Assembly: GCA_002691145.1 (NCBI GenBank)
Contig: NZHE01000026.1
Coordinates: 114,546-178,545 of the forward strand
From: Rickettsiales bacterium
GTDB lineage: Bacteria; Pseudomonadota; Alphaproteobacteria; Methylaequorales; Methylaequoraceae
DNA: 64,000 nucleotides
Direction: 5' to 3'
The stretch's first letter is position 1, and each line of letters starts with the position of its first letter. A model generated the notes under the pieces. The model had not been told where the DNA came from and did no database searches. It saw only the letters and a list, made by a program, of their open reading frames with translations. Positions 50,247-60,505 of this stretch are shown here, piece by piece. Position numbers and translations under genes: made by a program.

Positions 50247-51059
50247 ATGAATAAATCTATAATAAATTTGAAAGGCAAAAAAGGGATAATCATGGGTGTT
50301 GCAAACGAACGTTCTGTTGCTTGGGGCATCGCATCAGCTTTATCGAATAGTGGAGCAGAGCTTGCTTTTTCTTATGTTAATGAGTCTATTAAAAAAAGGG
50401 TTGTTCCTCTTGCTGAAAAGTGTAACTCAAGTTTAGTTTTTGAATGCGATGTTGGCTCTGACAAAAGTATAAAAGAATTTTTTAATAAGATCTCAGGTTC
50501 GTGGGCTGATTTTGATTTTCTCGTACATTCAATCGCATTTTCTGATAAAAATGAATTAAAAGGAGAATATATTGATACCTCGAGAGAAAACTTTGTTAAC
50601 ACACTTAATATTTCATGTTATTCGTTAACAATATTAAGTAAAGAAGCTAGTAAACTCATGAAAAATGGAGGGCAAATATTAACTTTATCTTACTTAGGTG
50701 CAGAAAGAGTTATGCCTCATTACAACGTGATGGGAATTGCAAAATCGGCGCTTGAAACAAGTGTAAAATACTTGGCGTCTGATTTAGGAAAATTAAATAT
50801 TAGAATTAATTCAATTTCGGCTGGTCCAATAAAAACACTTGCCTCATCTGGTATCTCAGATTTTAAATATATACTTAAATGGAACGAATATAATTCTCCA
50901 ATGAAACGAATAACAGATATTGATGAAGTAGGAAAAAATGCTCTGTATTTATTATCTGATTTGTCTTCAGGTGTAACAGGAGAAAACATTCATGTTGATT
51001 GTGGCTATCATGTAGTAGGAATGAAAGCTGTTGATGCCCCAGACATATCAGTTATATAA
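50247..51059 (+). CDS. fabI: Enoyl-[acyl-carrier-protein] reductase (NADH)
   Basis: '[20 protein letters not shown]' N-terminus and '[10 protein letters not shown]' catalytic Tyr/Lys. Confidence 0.9.
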   Translation: MNKSIINLKGKKGIIMGVANERSVAWGIASALSNSGAELAFSYVNESIKKRVVPLAEKCNSSLVFECDVGSDKSIKEFFNKISGSWADFDFLVHSIAFSDKNELKGEYIDTSRENFVNTLNISCYSLTILSKEASKLMKNGGQILTLSYLGAERVMPHYNVMGIAKSALETSVKYLASDLGKLNIRINSISAGPIKTLASSGISDFKYILKWNEYNSPMKRITDIDEVGKNALYLLSDLSSGVTGENIHVDCGYHVVGMKAVDAPDISVI

Positions 51060-52129
51060 TGTCAGGAAGCAGTTTTGGTGAAATATTCAAGTTAACTACA
51101 TGGGGAGAAAGTCATGGTGATGCAATTGGATGTGTTATTGAGGGAGTGCCTTCTGGAATAAAATTAACCGAGAATTGTATTCAGAATTATCTAGACAAGA
51201 GAAAACCAGGCCAATCAAAATTTACAACCCAAAGAAAAGAACCAGATAAAATAAAAATTCTTTCTGGTTTATTTGAAAATACGACTACGGGCACGCCTCT
51301 ATCAATGGTTATTTATAATGTTGATAAAAAAAGTAAGGATTATAAAGATATTTCTGAATCTTTTAGACCTGGGCACGCAGATTATACCTATGAAAAAAAA
51401 TTTGGGCTCAGAGATTACAGGGGTGGTGGAAGGGCCTCAGCCAGAGAAACTGCTATGAGAGTGGCCGCTGGAGCAATTGCCCGAAAAATATTATCCAACA
51501 AAATTAAGATTCGAGGAGCACTGATCCAAATTGGAAAAATTAAAATCAATAAAAAAAATTGGAATTGGAAAGAAGTAACTAAAAACGATTTTTTCTCACC
51601 TGATAAACATATAGTTAAAATATGGGAAGAGTATCTTTTAAAGGTTAGAAAAGAGGGCTCTTCTATTGGTGCAATTATTGAGATAAGGGCATCTAATGTT
51701 CCGGTAGGCTTAGGGGAACCTGTATTCGACAAAGTTGACGCACTTATTGCAAAAGCAATGATGAGTATACCAGCGGTCAAAGGTGTTGAGATAGGAAAAG
51801 GTTTTGAAAGTGCTGAAATTAGAGGGGAGGAAAATGTTGACGAAATATATATAAAAAATAATAAAGTTACATTTAATTCAAATAATGCTGGTGGAACTCT
51901 TGGAGGAATTACTTCAGGTCAAGATATTGTGATTAGATTTGCGGTAAAGCCAACAAGTTCAATTCTTAAACCAAAAAATACCATTACCAAATCTGGCAAA
52001 GAGACAAAAATTATTACTAAAGGTAGACACGATCCATGCGTAGGAATTCGAGCAGTCCCGGTAGGTGAAGCAATGCTTGCAATTGTTTTAGCTGACCTTT
52101 TTTTAAGAAAAAAAGCAATGGCTAAATAA
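51059..52129 (+). CDS. aroC: Chorismate synthase
   Basis: 'GESHG', '[18 protein letters not shown]' motifs. Confidence 0.95.
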   Translation: MSGSSFGEIFKLTTWGESHGDAIGCVIEGVPSGIKLTENCIQNYLDKRKPGQSKFTTQRKEPDKIKILSGLFENTTTGTPLSMVIYNVDKKSKDYKDISESFRPGHADYTYEKKFGLRDYRGGGRASARETAMRVAAGAIARKILSNKIKIRGALIQIGKIKINKKNWNWKEVTKNDFFSPDKHIVKIWEEYLLKVRKEGSSIGAIIEIRASNVPVGLGEPVFDKVDALIAKAMMSIPAVKGVEIGKGFESAEIRGEENVDEIYIKNNKVTFNSNNAGGTLGGITSGQDIVIRFAVKPTSSILKPKNTITKSGKETKIITKGRHDPCVGIRAVPVGEAMLAIVLADLFLRKKAMAK

Positions 52130-52133
52130 ATTA

Positions 52134-52898
52134 TTAGTTATTCGTCATGTAAAGAAAAAATTCTTTATTACCTTTTTGACCTTTGATTGGACTCTCAATA
52201 AGATCGACGAAATTTAGATTTAGATTTTTTGTAAACCATTCAATTAATTCATTACAGACTTTATTATGGATAAGCTTATCTTTTATAATACCTCCTTTTC
52301 CAACATATTTTCTTCCTGCTTCAAACTGAGGCTTTATCAATAGAATTATTGAGGACTTTGGATTCAAAAATTTTAAACTTGGTGGTATTACTTTTTTTAA
52401 AGAAATAAAGCTTACATCGCATACAAGCAAATCTAATTTATCTTTAATTTTTTTTTCATCTAAATATCTTGCGTTTGTTCGTTCTAAAACTTTTACTTTA
52501 TTGTTATTTCTAAGTTTCCAATCAAGTTGTCCATAACCAACATCTATTGAATATACTAAATTAGCACCGTTACTAATTAAGACTTCAGTAAATCCTCCAG
52601 TAGAAGACCCAATATCTATGCAAATTTTTTCTCTAACCTTTAAATTAAAATATTTAATAGCATAAGATAATTTTATTCCGCCTCTAGAAACCCACTCATG
52701 CTCATTTTCAATTATTTTAATATAAGAGCCTTTTTTTACTATAAATCCTGGCTTATCAATTTTCTTGTCATCTATGAAAACGGCACCAGAAATTATTTTT
52801 GAAACTGCTTTTTGTCTAGAATTAAATAATTTTAAATTAATTAAAACAGTGTCTAACCTGAGTTTATTTTGTTGCTGTGGTACAATTAGATTTTTCAA
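52134..52898 (-). CDS. tlyA: TlyA-family rRNA 2'-O-methyltransferase (S4 + FtsJ domains)
   Basis: N-terminal S4 domain 'LRLDTVLINLKLFNSRQKA', FtsJ-like MTase 'CIDIGSSTGGFTEVL', 'VCDVSFISL'. Confidence 0.8.
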   Translation of the reverse strand: MKNLIVPQQQNKLRLDTVLINLKLFNSRQKAVSKIISGAVFIDDKKIDKPGFIVKKGSYIKIIENEHEWVSRGGIKLSYAIKYFNLKVREKICIDIGSSTGGFTEVLISNGANLVYSIDVGYGQLDWKLRNNNKVKVLERTNARYLDEKKIKDKLDLLVCDVSFISLKKVIPPSLKFLNPKSSIILLIKPQFEAGRKYVGKGGIIKDKLIHNKVCNELIEWFTKNLNLNFVDLIESPIKGQKGNKEFFLYMTNN

Positions 52899-52901
52899 GA
52901 T

Positions 52902-53792
52902 TTAATAATTTCTCTCAATTATTAGTTTCGTAATTTTCGTTAAGTTGTTTGATTTAGAACCAAAGCTAGATATTAGATCAATTGACTCGTCGATTAAATC
53001 TTTTGCCATCTGTTTTGCTTTTTTTACTCCTAAGAATGAAATGAAAGTTTTTTTTCCTTGTAATTTATCTTTATTTATTTTCTTTCCAACTTTACTCTCT
53101 TCTCCCTCAAAATCGAGCAGATCATCTTTTATTTGAAAAGCAATTCCGAGATTAAATGAATATTTCTCAAATAATTCATAAAATTCTTTTTCTTTTTTTG
53201 CTAATATTGGAGCAGAAATGCAAGAAAATCTAAATAATTCCCCAGTTTTAAGTCTCTGAAGTTTCTTTATATCTCCAAAATTTAGATCCTTACTTGAGGC
53301 TTCTAAGTCTAACATTTGCCCCTCAACCATACCTGTAACACCTGCAGATTTACAGAGCTCATTTATTAAATTACACCTAACAGCAGAACATGGATGTGTC
53401 TCTTTTTCTGATAAGATTTGAAATGACAAACATTGCAGAGCATCACCAACTAATATAGCCGTAGCAACATCAAATTTTTTATGACAAGTCAGACTTCCTC
53501 TTCTCATGTCATCGTTATCCATTGCTGGCAAATCGTCATGAACTAAAGAGTAACAATGCATTAATTCAATACTTATTGCAACATTCACTGCTTGCTTTAT
53601 ATCTACATCTAAAATTTTGGCAATTTCCAAAACAAAAATAGGTCTTAATCTTTTTCCACCAACATTTAAAACATATTTTATTGCCTCCAATATAGAAGCA
53701 TCTGAAAATTTTGCTCTACTTACAAACTTTAAAATCTTGTCCGTAACATATTTAGAATAATTTTCTAAATAAGCTTTGAATTCACTATTCAT
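52902..53792 (-). CDS. ispA: (2E,6E)-farnesyl diphosphate synthase / geranyltranstransferase
   Basis: 'LVHDDLPAMDNDDMRRG' (first DDxxD) and 'GIAFQIKDDLLD' (second DDxxD). Confidence 0.9.
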   Translation of the reverse strand: MNSEFKAYLENYSKYVTDKILKFVSRAKFSDASILEAIKYVLNVGGKRLRPIFVLEIAKILDVDIKQAVNVAISIELMHCYSLVHDDLPAMDNDDMRRGSLTCHKKFDVATAILVGDALQCLSFQILSEKETHPCSAVRCNLINELCKSAGVTGMVEGQMLDLEASSKDLNFGDIKKLQRLKTGELFRFSCISAPILAKKEKEFYELFEKYSFNLGIAFQIKDDLLDFEGEESKVGKKINKDKLQGKKTFISFLGVKKAKQMAKDLIDESIDLISSFGSKSNNLTKITKLIIERNY

Positions 53793-54062
53793 TTATTCAT
53801 CAAAGTTTTCTAACTTATTTTTATCAATGACTTTTTTTATTTTCATTTCTGCATTTTTTAATTTGAAATCACAGTGATTTTTCAATTTTATCCCTAATTC
53901 ATATAACTTTATCGATTCATCTAAGTCAGATTCTTCACTTTCAAGTTTACTAATTATATTTTCAAGCATCTTAAACGATTCTTCAAAACTCAATTTTTCA
54001 ATTTCATCTTCCCTAATAGTATCTTGCATATTAAAAACTAACTTTTTTTTATTGTAAAACAA
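53793..54062 (-). CDS. xseB: Exodeoxyribonuclease VII small subunit
   Basis: 'FEESFKMLENIISKLESEE..LDESIKLYELGIKL' coiled-coil signature; classical xseB-ispA linkage. Confidence 0.75.
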   Translation of the reverse strand: MFYNKKKLVFNMQDTIREDEIEKLSFEESFKMLENIISKLESEESDLDESIKLYELGIKLKNHCDFKLKNAEMKIKKVIDKNKLENFDE

Positions 54063-54268
54063 ACAACTTTATTAATATTTTCTTGATTAAGAATTTTTAT
54101 ATTCAAATTTTTTGATAACTCTAATAAATCTTGCTTAAAATTTGGATCATCAGCTTGAATTTCAATAATTGAATCTTTTTCAACTTCTTTGATTTTTTTT
54201 GCAACTTTTAATACTGGGATTGGACACTTAAAACCAACCAAGTTCAATTTAGTAATTTTTTGTTTCAT
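54038..54268 (-). CDS. TusA-family sulfurtransferase
   Basis: 'LNLVGFKCPIPVLKVAKKI' – CPxP active-site motif of TusA/SirA. Confidence 0.75.
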   Translation of the reverse strand: MKQKITKLNLVGFKCPIPVLKVAKKIKEVEKDSIIEIQADDPNFKQDLLELSKNLNIKILNQENINKVVCFTIKKS

Positions 54269-54338
54269 AAAATAATAAATTTAATATTTAAATTGAGAAC
54301 TATATTATATATATTAATATGAATTCTATTATATTATT

Positions 54339-55301
54339 ATGAAATATTTTAAATATATATTAACTTTAGTAGTCTTTTTTTCTTTTGATCTAAGCTTTGC
54401 ACAGAACAAAATTAAAATTGGTACCCTTCAATATGGGAGTGTCAATTGGGAGCTTGAACTCATTAAACAATTATCACTAGACAAAAAAAATAACATTAAT
54501 GTAGAAATTGTTCAGCTTGCAAGTAAGAATGCGGCAGCTGTAGCACTTCAAGGTAATGCTGTTGATTTGATTGTTACTGATTGGTTTTGGGTCTCAAGAC
54601 AAAGAGCTTTAAACAGAATGTTTTCCTTTGTACCTCATTCTATGGCCGCGGGTGGGCTTATCGTAGATGAGAACTCAGGTATTCAGAGTATTGACGATCT
54701 TAAAGGAAAAAAAATTGGCATTGCTGGCGGCCAAGTAGATAAAAGCTGGTTGATATTTAGAGCTTTCTATCAACAAAAATTTGGTAATGATCTAATAAAT
54801 GAAACAAAACAAATTTTTGGAGCTCCACCATTGCTTAACAGAAAGATAGAGCAAGGTAGTTTTGACGCCATTTTAACATATTGGCCTTATCAGGCTAGAT
54901 TACTCTCAAAAGGATTTGTAAAAGTGATAAATGTTAATGATATTATCAAAAATTTGGGAATAAACAGTAATATGCCAATAATCGGATGGGTATTTAGGGA
55001 TGAATGGGCGCAGGAAAATCCAAATTTATTAGAAAACTTTATAAATACATCAAATGAAGCCAAAGAGTTGATGTTGAAAAAAGATGAAGTTTGGGAAAAT
55101 ATCAAGCCCATTATGAAATCAGAAAATGATAAAGTTTTCAATAATCTTCGTGATATTTATCGCGAAGGCATACCAAGAAATTTTGGTTCATCCAATGTAG
55201 ACGGCGCATCAATTCTTTATAGTACTCTTTCTGAAATTGGTGGCAAAGCTCTTGTTGGAAACTCAAAGGAAATTGCCCCAGGAACATTCTGGTTAGAATA
55301 A
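54339..55301 (+). CDS. ABC transporter periplasmic substrate-binding protein, NMT1/SsuA/TauA family (sulfonate/nitrate/taurine or pyrimidine-precursor type)
   Basis: Signal peptide, type-2 PBP fold with 'GKKIGIAGGQVD' segment characteristic of the family. Confidence 0.7.
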   Translation: MKYFKYILTLVVFFSFDLSFAQNKIKIGTLQYGSVNWELELIKQLSLDKKNNINVEIVQLASKNAAAVALQGNAVDLIVTDWFWVSRQRALNRMFSFVPHSMAAGGLIVDENSGIQSIDDLKGKKIGIAGGQVDKSWLIFRAFYQQKFGNDLINETKQIFGAPPLLNRKIEQGSFDAILTYWPYQARLLSKGFVKVINVNDIIKNLGINSNMPIIGWVFRDEWAQENPNLLENFINTSNEAKELMLKKDEVWENIKPIMKSENDKVFNNLRDIYREGIPRNFGSSNVDGASILYSTLSEIGGKALVGNSKEIAPGTFWLE

Positions 55302-55302
55302 C

Positions 55303-56052
55303 ATGAAAATTTTTTCCAATAGTACTAGCCTAAGGCTTTTATCCTTATTGGCTTTCCTCTCTTTATGGTATCTAGTAAGTTTCTTAGTTGATAATTCACT
55401 GTTACCTAGTCCCTCAAATGTTTTGATAAAAATTAACGATGAAATTAATGCTAATGAATTATTTAAGCATACAGGCATTACTCTTAGAAGAGTATTCTTA
55501 TCATTTAGTATTGCAATGATAATAGGTGCAGCCATTGGAATATTTATGGGAAGAAGAAAGAAGATTAATGACTTTTTCGATGATTGGTTAGTTTTAGGAT
55601 TGAATGTTCCAGCTTTAGTTATCATTATTTTATGTTATGTTTGGTTTGGGTTGAATGAATCTGCAGCAATTTTAGCAGTTTCCTTAAATAAAATACCAAT
55701 GGTTGCTGTTATTATGCGGGAAGGCTCTAGATCCATTGATGAACAATATATCGATGTAGCAAAATTTTATAATATTAGTAAAAAAAAACTTTTTTATAAA
55801 ATAATTATACCACAACTATATCCATATCTAATGTCTGCAGCTCGGTCTGGATTGTCCCTAATTTGGAAAATAGTTCTAGTTGTTGAACTGTTGGGAAGAA
55901 GTGATGGAGTAGGTTTTAAATTATACGGTCTTTTTCAATTTTTTGATATAAGTGGAATCCTAGCCTATACTTTTACATTTGTTGCAGTAATAATATTTGT
56001 TGAATTTATTTTTGTAAGACCCCTTGAAAGAAAGTTAACATTATGGCGTTAA
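55303..56052 (+). CDS. ABC transporter permease (BPD_transp_1; SsuC/TauC-like)
   Basis: Six TM segments and the 'EAA-like' loop region; follows the SBP. Confidence 0.75.
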   Translation: MKIFSNSTSLRLLSLLAFLSLWYLVSFLVDNSLLPSPSNVLIKINDEINANELFKHTGITLRRVFLSFSIAMIIGAAIGIFMGRRKKINDFFDDWLVLGLNVPALVIIILCYVWFGLNESAAILAVSLNKIPMVAVIMREGSRSIDEQYIDVAKFYNISKKKLFYKIIIPQLYPYLMSAARSGLSLIWKIVLVVELLGRSDGVGFKLYGLFQFFDISGILAYTFTFVAVIIFVEFIFVRPLERKLTLWR

Positions 56053-56055
56053 AAA

Positions 56056-56808
56056 ATGAGTATTTCTATTAAGATCAAGGAAAAATTTTTTCTAAGCAAG
56101 GATAAACAAGAGAAGATAGTTGCTCTCAGAAATATTAACACAAAAATTAAATCAAAAGAATTTGTATGCATTGTTGGACCATCGGGATGTGGTAAAACAA
56201 CTCTAATGAACTTAATTGGAGGATTGGTGGCGTCTAATGACTCTGAAATTTTAATTAATGAACAAGAACTTAGTTCAAAAAATTCTTTAGGTTATGTATT
56301 TCAAACATCAAGATTAATGCCATGGCTAAATCTTTTCGAAAACATAAAATTGGTTTGTAATGACTCAATAGATTCAGAAAAAAAAATAAAGGAAATACTA
56401 GAAAATTTTGAACTTTCAGAATTTTTAAATGCATTTCCAAGTACCATATCCGGTGGTATGAGACGAAAAGTTGCATTAGCCCGAGCTTTTGTGAATAGCC
56501 CAGAAGTACTATTAATGGACGAACCATTTGTTTCTTTGGATCAACCAACAACTGAAAACTTATATAAGGTACTCATTGACTATTGGGAAAAAATGCCTAC
56601 AACTGTAATCTTTATAACACACGTTTTAAAAGAGGCTCTTTTACTAGGAGATAGAATTTTGTTTTTTACCAAAAGACCTGGAACCATAGTATTAGACTAC
56701 AAAGTAAAATCAAAGCGCTCCCCATTAAAAATAGACAATGATGAAGTTGCAAAAGAATATGATGCTCTGAACAAAAAGTATCCAAGTCTGTTAAAAGGAA
56801 TTCTATGA
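56056..56808 (+). CDS. ABC transporter ATP-binding protein
   Basis: Walker A 'GPSGCGKTT', signature '[14 protein letters not shown]', Walker B 'LLMDEPF'. Confidence 0.9.
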   Translation: MSISIKIKEKFFLSKDKQEKIVALRNINTKIKSKEFVCIVGPSGCGKTTLMNLIGGLVASNDSEILINEQELSSKNSLGYVFQTSRLMPWLNLFENIKLVCNDSIDSEKKIKEILENFELSEFLNAFPSTISGGMRRKVALARAFVNSPEVLLMDEPFVSLDQPTTENLYKVLIDYWEKMPTTVIFITHVLKEALLLGDRILFFTKRPGTIVLDYKVKSKRSPLKIDNDEVAKEYDALNKKYPSLLKGIL

Positions 56809-57434
56809 ATTTTGAATTTCTGTTAACTTATTTTGATAAGGGTGGTTTTATTTTTGCTTTATTATTGATGATTTCTTTGGTTTCAATAACCATAATAATA
56901 TACAAAATCTTCCAATTTTTTTTTATTGATAATGCTAACGCAGAAAAATTGGAGATTCTAATACAAGAATCTGCGTCTATTCGTGAGTTCAAAAATAAGA
57001 TTTTACTTTTAAATAATAAGGAAAATATTTTTTTTTCTACAATTAAATACGCGTCAGCAATATTTGAAAAAAAATCAATCAATGATGAAGATAAAGTAAA
57101 TGCAATTAAGATACACGTACAAAAAAAAGTAAATAAAGTTGAGTCTTTTCTCTCCGTACTTGAAATAATAGCACAAGTAAGTCCTCTTCTTGGTCTTCTA
57201 GGCACAATTCTAGGAATGATAGCATCGTTTACCGAACTAGAAGTTGGAGGAAGTAATATAGATCCGTCTATATTGGCCGGTGGAATTTGGACGGCTCTGC
57301 TAACAACTGCGATTGGTCTTATTGTAGCAATCCCTGCATTAGTTGCATTTCATTTTTTTGAAAAGAGAGTTTTATCCATAAAAAATAAATTAAACAATCT
57401 TTTACTTCAGCTCAACGGAATTAAAGATAATTAG
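56805..57434 (+). CDS. exbB: MotA/TolQ/ExbB-family proton channel
   Basis: Three TM helices with '[15 protein letters not shown]' signature. Confidence 0.8.
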   Translation: MNFEFLLTYFDKGGFIFALLLMISLVSITIIIYKIFQFFFIDNANAEKLEILIQESASIREFKNKILLLNNKENIFFSTIKYASAIFEKKSINDEDKVNAIKIHVQKKVNKVESFLSVLEIIAQVSPLLGLLGTILGMIASFTELEVGGSNIDPSILAGGIWTALLTTAIGLIVAIPALVAFHFFEKRVLSIKNKLNNLLLQLNGIKDN

Positions 57435-57451
57435 AGTATTAGCTAATCGAA

Positions 57452-57862
57452 ATGTTTTTGGAAGAAAAAGAAGAGAAAAATAGAACTATTAACATAATCC
57501 CACTTATAGATATTATTTTTCTTATGCTAATTTTTTTTATGTTGGCAACAAATTTTTATAAAGACAAGGAGATTGATTTCATAGTTCCAAAAAATAAAGT
57601 TGAATTAACAAATACATCTGAAGAATTTTTGGAGATAAGATTAAATGAAGATAAATATCTTTGCAACAATGAAGAAATGAATTTTGGGGAGTTATCCGAA
57701 AAATTTTTGAAAATTTGGAGAGAAAAAGATTATGAAGGAGTAGTTATATTTAACAATGAAAAATCTGAAGTAAGGAACCTTATTAAGTTACTCGATATTT
57801 TAAACAAAAATAAAGTTTCGAAATTTTTCTTTGGAGAGAAAAATGTTTATAAAAAAAGATAA
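57452..57862 (+). CDS. exbD: ExbD/TolR-family protein (copy 1)
   Basis: 'INIIPLIDIIFLMLIFFM' N-terminal TM typical of ExbD/TolR. Confidence 0.8.
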   Translation: MFLEEKEEKNRTINIIPLIDIIFLMLIFFMLATNFYKDKEIDFIVPKNKVELTNTSEEFLEIRLNEDKYLCNNEEMNFGELSEKFLKIWREKDYEGVVIFNNEKSEVRNLIKLLDILNKNKVSKFFFGEKNVYKKR

Positions 57863-58247
57863 GTTTAAAAAAAAGGAAATTAATCTGATTCCTATGATTA
57901 ATATTATATTTCTCTTACTAATTTTTTTTATGCTAACAGGTACAATAAAATATCAGGAATATCCTCAGATTATGAAGCCATATTCCGAGCAAGCATATAA
58001 AGAATCTAACTATAGTGAAAATAATTTTAATCTCGGAATTTTAGCTAATGGTGAATTACTTTTTAAACAAAAGAAAATAAATTTGAATGACCTAGGCAAA
58101 AAAGTAACAGAATTATCAAAGACCAAAAAAATTTTATTAAGCGTTCATAAAAATACAAAAATCGAAAAATTCAAAGAAGTATTAGGAGTTTTCAAACAAA
58201 ATAATTTTGAAAAAGTTTATGTTTTAACAACTAATGAAGATATATGA
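57831..58247 (+). CDS. exbD: ExbD/TolR-family protein (copy 2)
   Basis: 'INLIPMINIIFLLLIFFMLTG'; paralog of the preceding gene. Confidence 0.8.
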   Translation: MERKMFIKKDKFKKKEINLIPMINIIFLLLIFFMLTGTIKYQEYPQIMKPYSEQAYKESNYSENNFNLGILANGELLFKQKKINLNDLGKKVTELSKTKKILLSVHKNTKIEKFKEVLGVFKQNNFEKVYVLTTNEDI

Positions 58248-59004
58248 CATGTCGAATTTAAAAATAGCATTTTTGGCATTAAACTTTTCTATTTTATGTC
58301 ACATTTTTTTTATCTTATTACTTCTTGAAAAAAAAAGTAGTGAAAAAAAGTACGCTGTAGTTGATCTTTCAAATTTCAGTAAATTTCAAACAATCAATAT
58401 CAAGAAAAAAGAAAAAATTGATAATACGAAAAGCTCAGAAAAAAAAAAAAATAGTGATAACAAAAAAACATTACAAAAAAATTTAGAAACCTCAAAGCAA
58501 GAACCAAAAAAAGTAATAAAAAAAAATGATTTAACTTATCCAAAAGTTGAAGTTTTAAAAAAGCCTGAAAAAAAAAATCCATTTTTTGAAAAGGAAAAAG
58601 ATGTAGAAGAAAATGAAAAAAAAAAAAAAGAGAAGACTTTTGATAGTAGCGATGAATATCAGAAACAAAGTTCAGCTGCCAAAGAATTATTAATTATTAA
58701 AGATAAAGCCCTTTATAACTATTTAAAACAAATATCTACTGAAATTAATATTTTAGCAAATAAGGCATATCCAAAGCGTTCAATTTTAAGAAGAGAACAA
58801 GGAAAAATTTTGACGAGAATTACCATTGGTTATTCAGGAGAGGTAATAAATATACAAATTTTAACAAAAAGACCGAAAAACTTAGCAAAAAGTGCTGAAA
58901 AGATATTAAAACAAAGAAATAAACTTCCAGCGCCACCTGAAATTTTAATCAAAAATTCTAAAAGTATAGTTGTTGAGATACCTATAAATTATATTCTCAA
59001 GTAA
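58234..59004 (+). CDS. tonB: TonB-family energy transducer
   Basis: N-terminal TM anchor, Lys/Glu/Pro-rich spacer, C-terminal TonB_C-like 'YPKRSILRREQGKILTRITIGYSGEVINIQILTKRP...LPAPP'. Confidence 0.7.
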   Translation: MKIYDMSNLKIAFLALNFSILCHIFFILLLLEKKSSEKKYAVVDLSNFSKFQTINIKKKEKIDNTKSSEKKKNSDNKKTLQKNLETSKQEPKKVIKKNDLTYPKVEVLKKPEKKNPFFEKEKDVEENEKKKKEKTFDSSDEYQKQSSAAKELLIIKDKALYNYLKQISTEINILANKAYPKRSILRREQGKILTRITIGYSGEVINIQILTKRPKNLAKSAEKILKQRNKLPAPPEILIKNSKSIVVEIPINYILK

Positions 59005-59024
59005 TAATTATGTTGTATAAAAAC

Positions 59025-59049
59025 AACATTTTATCAAAAATGTTACAAT
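59025..59049 (+). promoter_or_regulatory. Candidate extended -10 promoter (TGTTACAAT) overlapped by a perfect 8-bp inverted repeat AACATTTT-atca-AAAATGTT, upstream of the porin gene
   Basis: Read directly: 59025-59032 AACATTTT, 59037-59044 AAAATGTT (reverse complements), TGn-TACAAT at 59041-59049, about 80 nt upstream of the start codon. Confidence 0.45.
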
Positions 59050-59128
59050 ATACAGAATATTATGTTTAAGAAAACTTTATTATAATGTAAAAAGAGAATA
59101 CTATTAACAATAATTAAGGGAGGGAAAA

Positions 59129-60442
59129 TTGAATAAATTTTCTAAAAAAATCGCTGTAGCCGCAATACCTGCTGTTATGGCCCTTTCTGCATCTGCTGTC
59201 GACTCAAAACAACTTCTAATGAGTGAAGGTGGCTGGGAAATATCGTTTGATGGTGCAGCAAACGCATTTTATAACGTGACTAATTCTGATGCTACCAACG
59301 ATGCAACATTCGCTGGTGCTAATACTGTAACAACTTTTGAAACTGCAGGTGATTTCATTGCAAGTGATGGAGCTCAAACAAGTTCTATTTCTGTTGGTTT
59401 ATTACCTAACGTTTTTGGTTTTACCATAAAAGCCCCAACTTCTAATGGACTAGATGTTTCAGGTAGATTAGGTATTTATACACACATGAACGCAGATGGT
59501 TCTTCTGCTGCTAGTAACGCACCTAATATGCGTGAAACTAGTTTTACAGTTGCTGGTTCATTTGGTTCTATACTTGCCGGAAGACATTTAGGTCTATGGC
59601 AAAGAAAGGCTATCGTAAACGATGTAACACTCTTTGGCGTTGGTGGTACGGCTGGTAACATTACAGGAACCACATTAGGTAGAATTGGTTCTGGTTATGT
59701 TTACGCTGACTGGTACCCTCAAATTCAATGGACACTTCCAACAATGGGTGCTGTAACTGCTACTGTAAGTTTACTTCAGGCCACACCATTGATTTCCACA
59801 ACTGCTAACTATGGTGCGACTGAAACAGCAACTCCAAGAGTTGAAGTTTTAATTGACGCTAATCACTCTTTCGGTGGAGCTGACATTAACTTCTGGCTTG
59901 ACGGTCAATTTCAAGAGTTAGAGAGAACAACAACCCAAACTACTACTGTTAGAGCTGGAGCAACAGCTTATAATGGTGCTAGCACTGATGAGGCTGATGC
60001 AATAACTGCATACGGTGTTGGAGCTGGTGCAAAGATTACTGTAGGTAGTTTTGATTTAGTAGCTTCCTTTTTCAAAAACCGTGGAGTTGGTATTCAGTTC
60101 CAAGGTAATACAGGTGGATCAACTTACTCAGGTGCACTTGACGCAGTTGGAAAAGCTAGACACTTCTACGGTGGATACATCCAAGCACATGCTGATCTCG
60201 GTGGCGGAACTAATGCCGCTTTCTCGTACGGTCAAAACAAAGCTGTAGCTACTGGTAGTGATATCGAATCACTCACTGTTGCCGAAAGAAATACAGTTGA
60301 ACATTGGAATGGAATGCTTTGGCATAACTTAACTGATGATTTCAGAGTCATCGCTGAAGGTTCTTATTCTGAACAAAGTCTACACATGGGCGGTAGCCAA
60401 GATTCAACAAATGTTTCTCTTGGTGCTTTCTTCTTCTGGTAA
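59129..60442 (+). CDS. Major outer-membrane porin-like beta-barrel protein (Ala/Gly/Thr-rich, C-terminal aromatic)
   Basis: Signal peptide 'MNKFSKKIAVAAIPAVMALSASA', alternating amphipathic beta-strand pattern, ends '...SLGAFFFW'. Strong SD AAGGGAGGG before the TTG start; higher GC and biased codon use suggest high expression. Confidence 0.7.
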   Translation: MNKFSKKIAVAAIPAVMALSASAVDSKQLLMSEGGWEISFDGAANAFYNVTNSDATNDATFAGANTVTTFETAGDFIASDGAQTSSISVGLLPNVFGFTIKAPTSNGLDVSGRLGIYTHMNADGSSAASNAPNMRETSFTVAGSFGSILAGRHLGLWQRKAIVNDVTLFGVGGTAGNITGTTLGRIGSGYVYADWYPQIQWTLPTMGAVTATVSLLQATPLISTTANYGATETATPRVEVLIDANHSFGGADINFWLDGQFQELERTTTQTTTVRAGATAYNGASTDEADAITAYGVGAGAKITVGSFDLVASFFKNRGVGIQFQGNTGGSTYSGALDAVGKARHFYGGYIQAHADLGGGTNAAFSYGQNKAVATGSDIESLTVAERNTVEHWNGMLWHNLTDDFRVIAEGSYSEQSLHMGGSQDSTNVSLGAFFFW

Positions 60443-60465
60443 AATTTATCAGATTGTTATAAACT

Positions 60466-60496
60466 GAAGGGAGATTTTTTAATCTCCCTTTTTTTA
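60466..60496 (+). terminator. Rho-independent terminator after the porin gene
   Basis: GAAGGGAGAT-ttttttaa-ATCTCCCTT followed by TTTTTT. Confidence 0.8.
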
Positions 60497-60505
60497 TGCT
60501 TAAAT

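Noticed and set aside
54339-56808. TPP riboswitch in front of the NMT1/THI5-like ABC transporter
   Set aside because: The 70-nt leader (54269-54338) is pure A/T with no CUGAGA box or paired GC stems. The transporter substrate therefore remains unassigned.
57452-59004. Tol-Pal system (tolQ-tolR-tolA) instead of ExbBD-TonB
   Set aside because: Two ExbD/TolR paralogs in tandem and a C-terminal domain matching the TonB_C 'YP...G.V.V.F.I..dG.V' pattern favour TonB. No tolB (beta-propeller) or pal (OmpA-like lipoprotein) follows; the next gene is a porin. Residual uncertainty is kept in the finding.
59129-60442. Horizontal acquisition of the porin gene, suggested by its higher GC
   Set aside because: The shift is explained by amino-acid composition (Ala/Gly/Thr/Val-rich beta-barrel) and translational-selection codon bias of a highly expressed gene. 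It has native-looking AT-rich flanks, an SD and a terminator.
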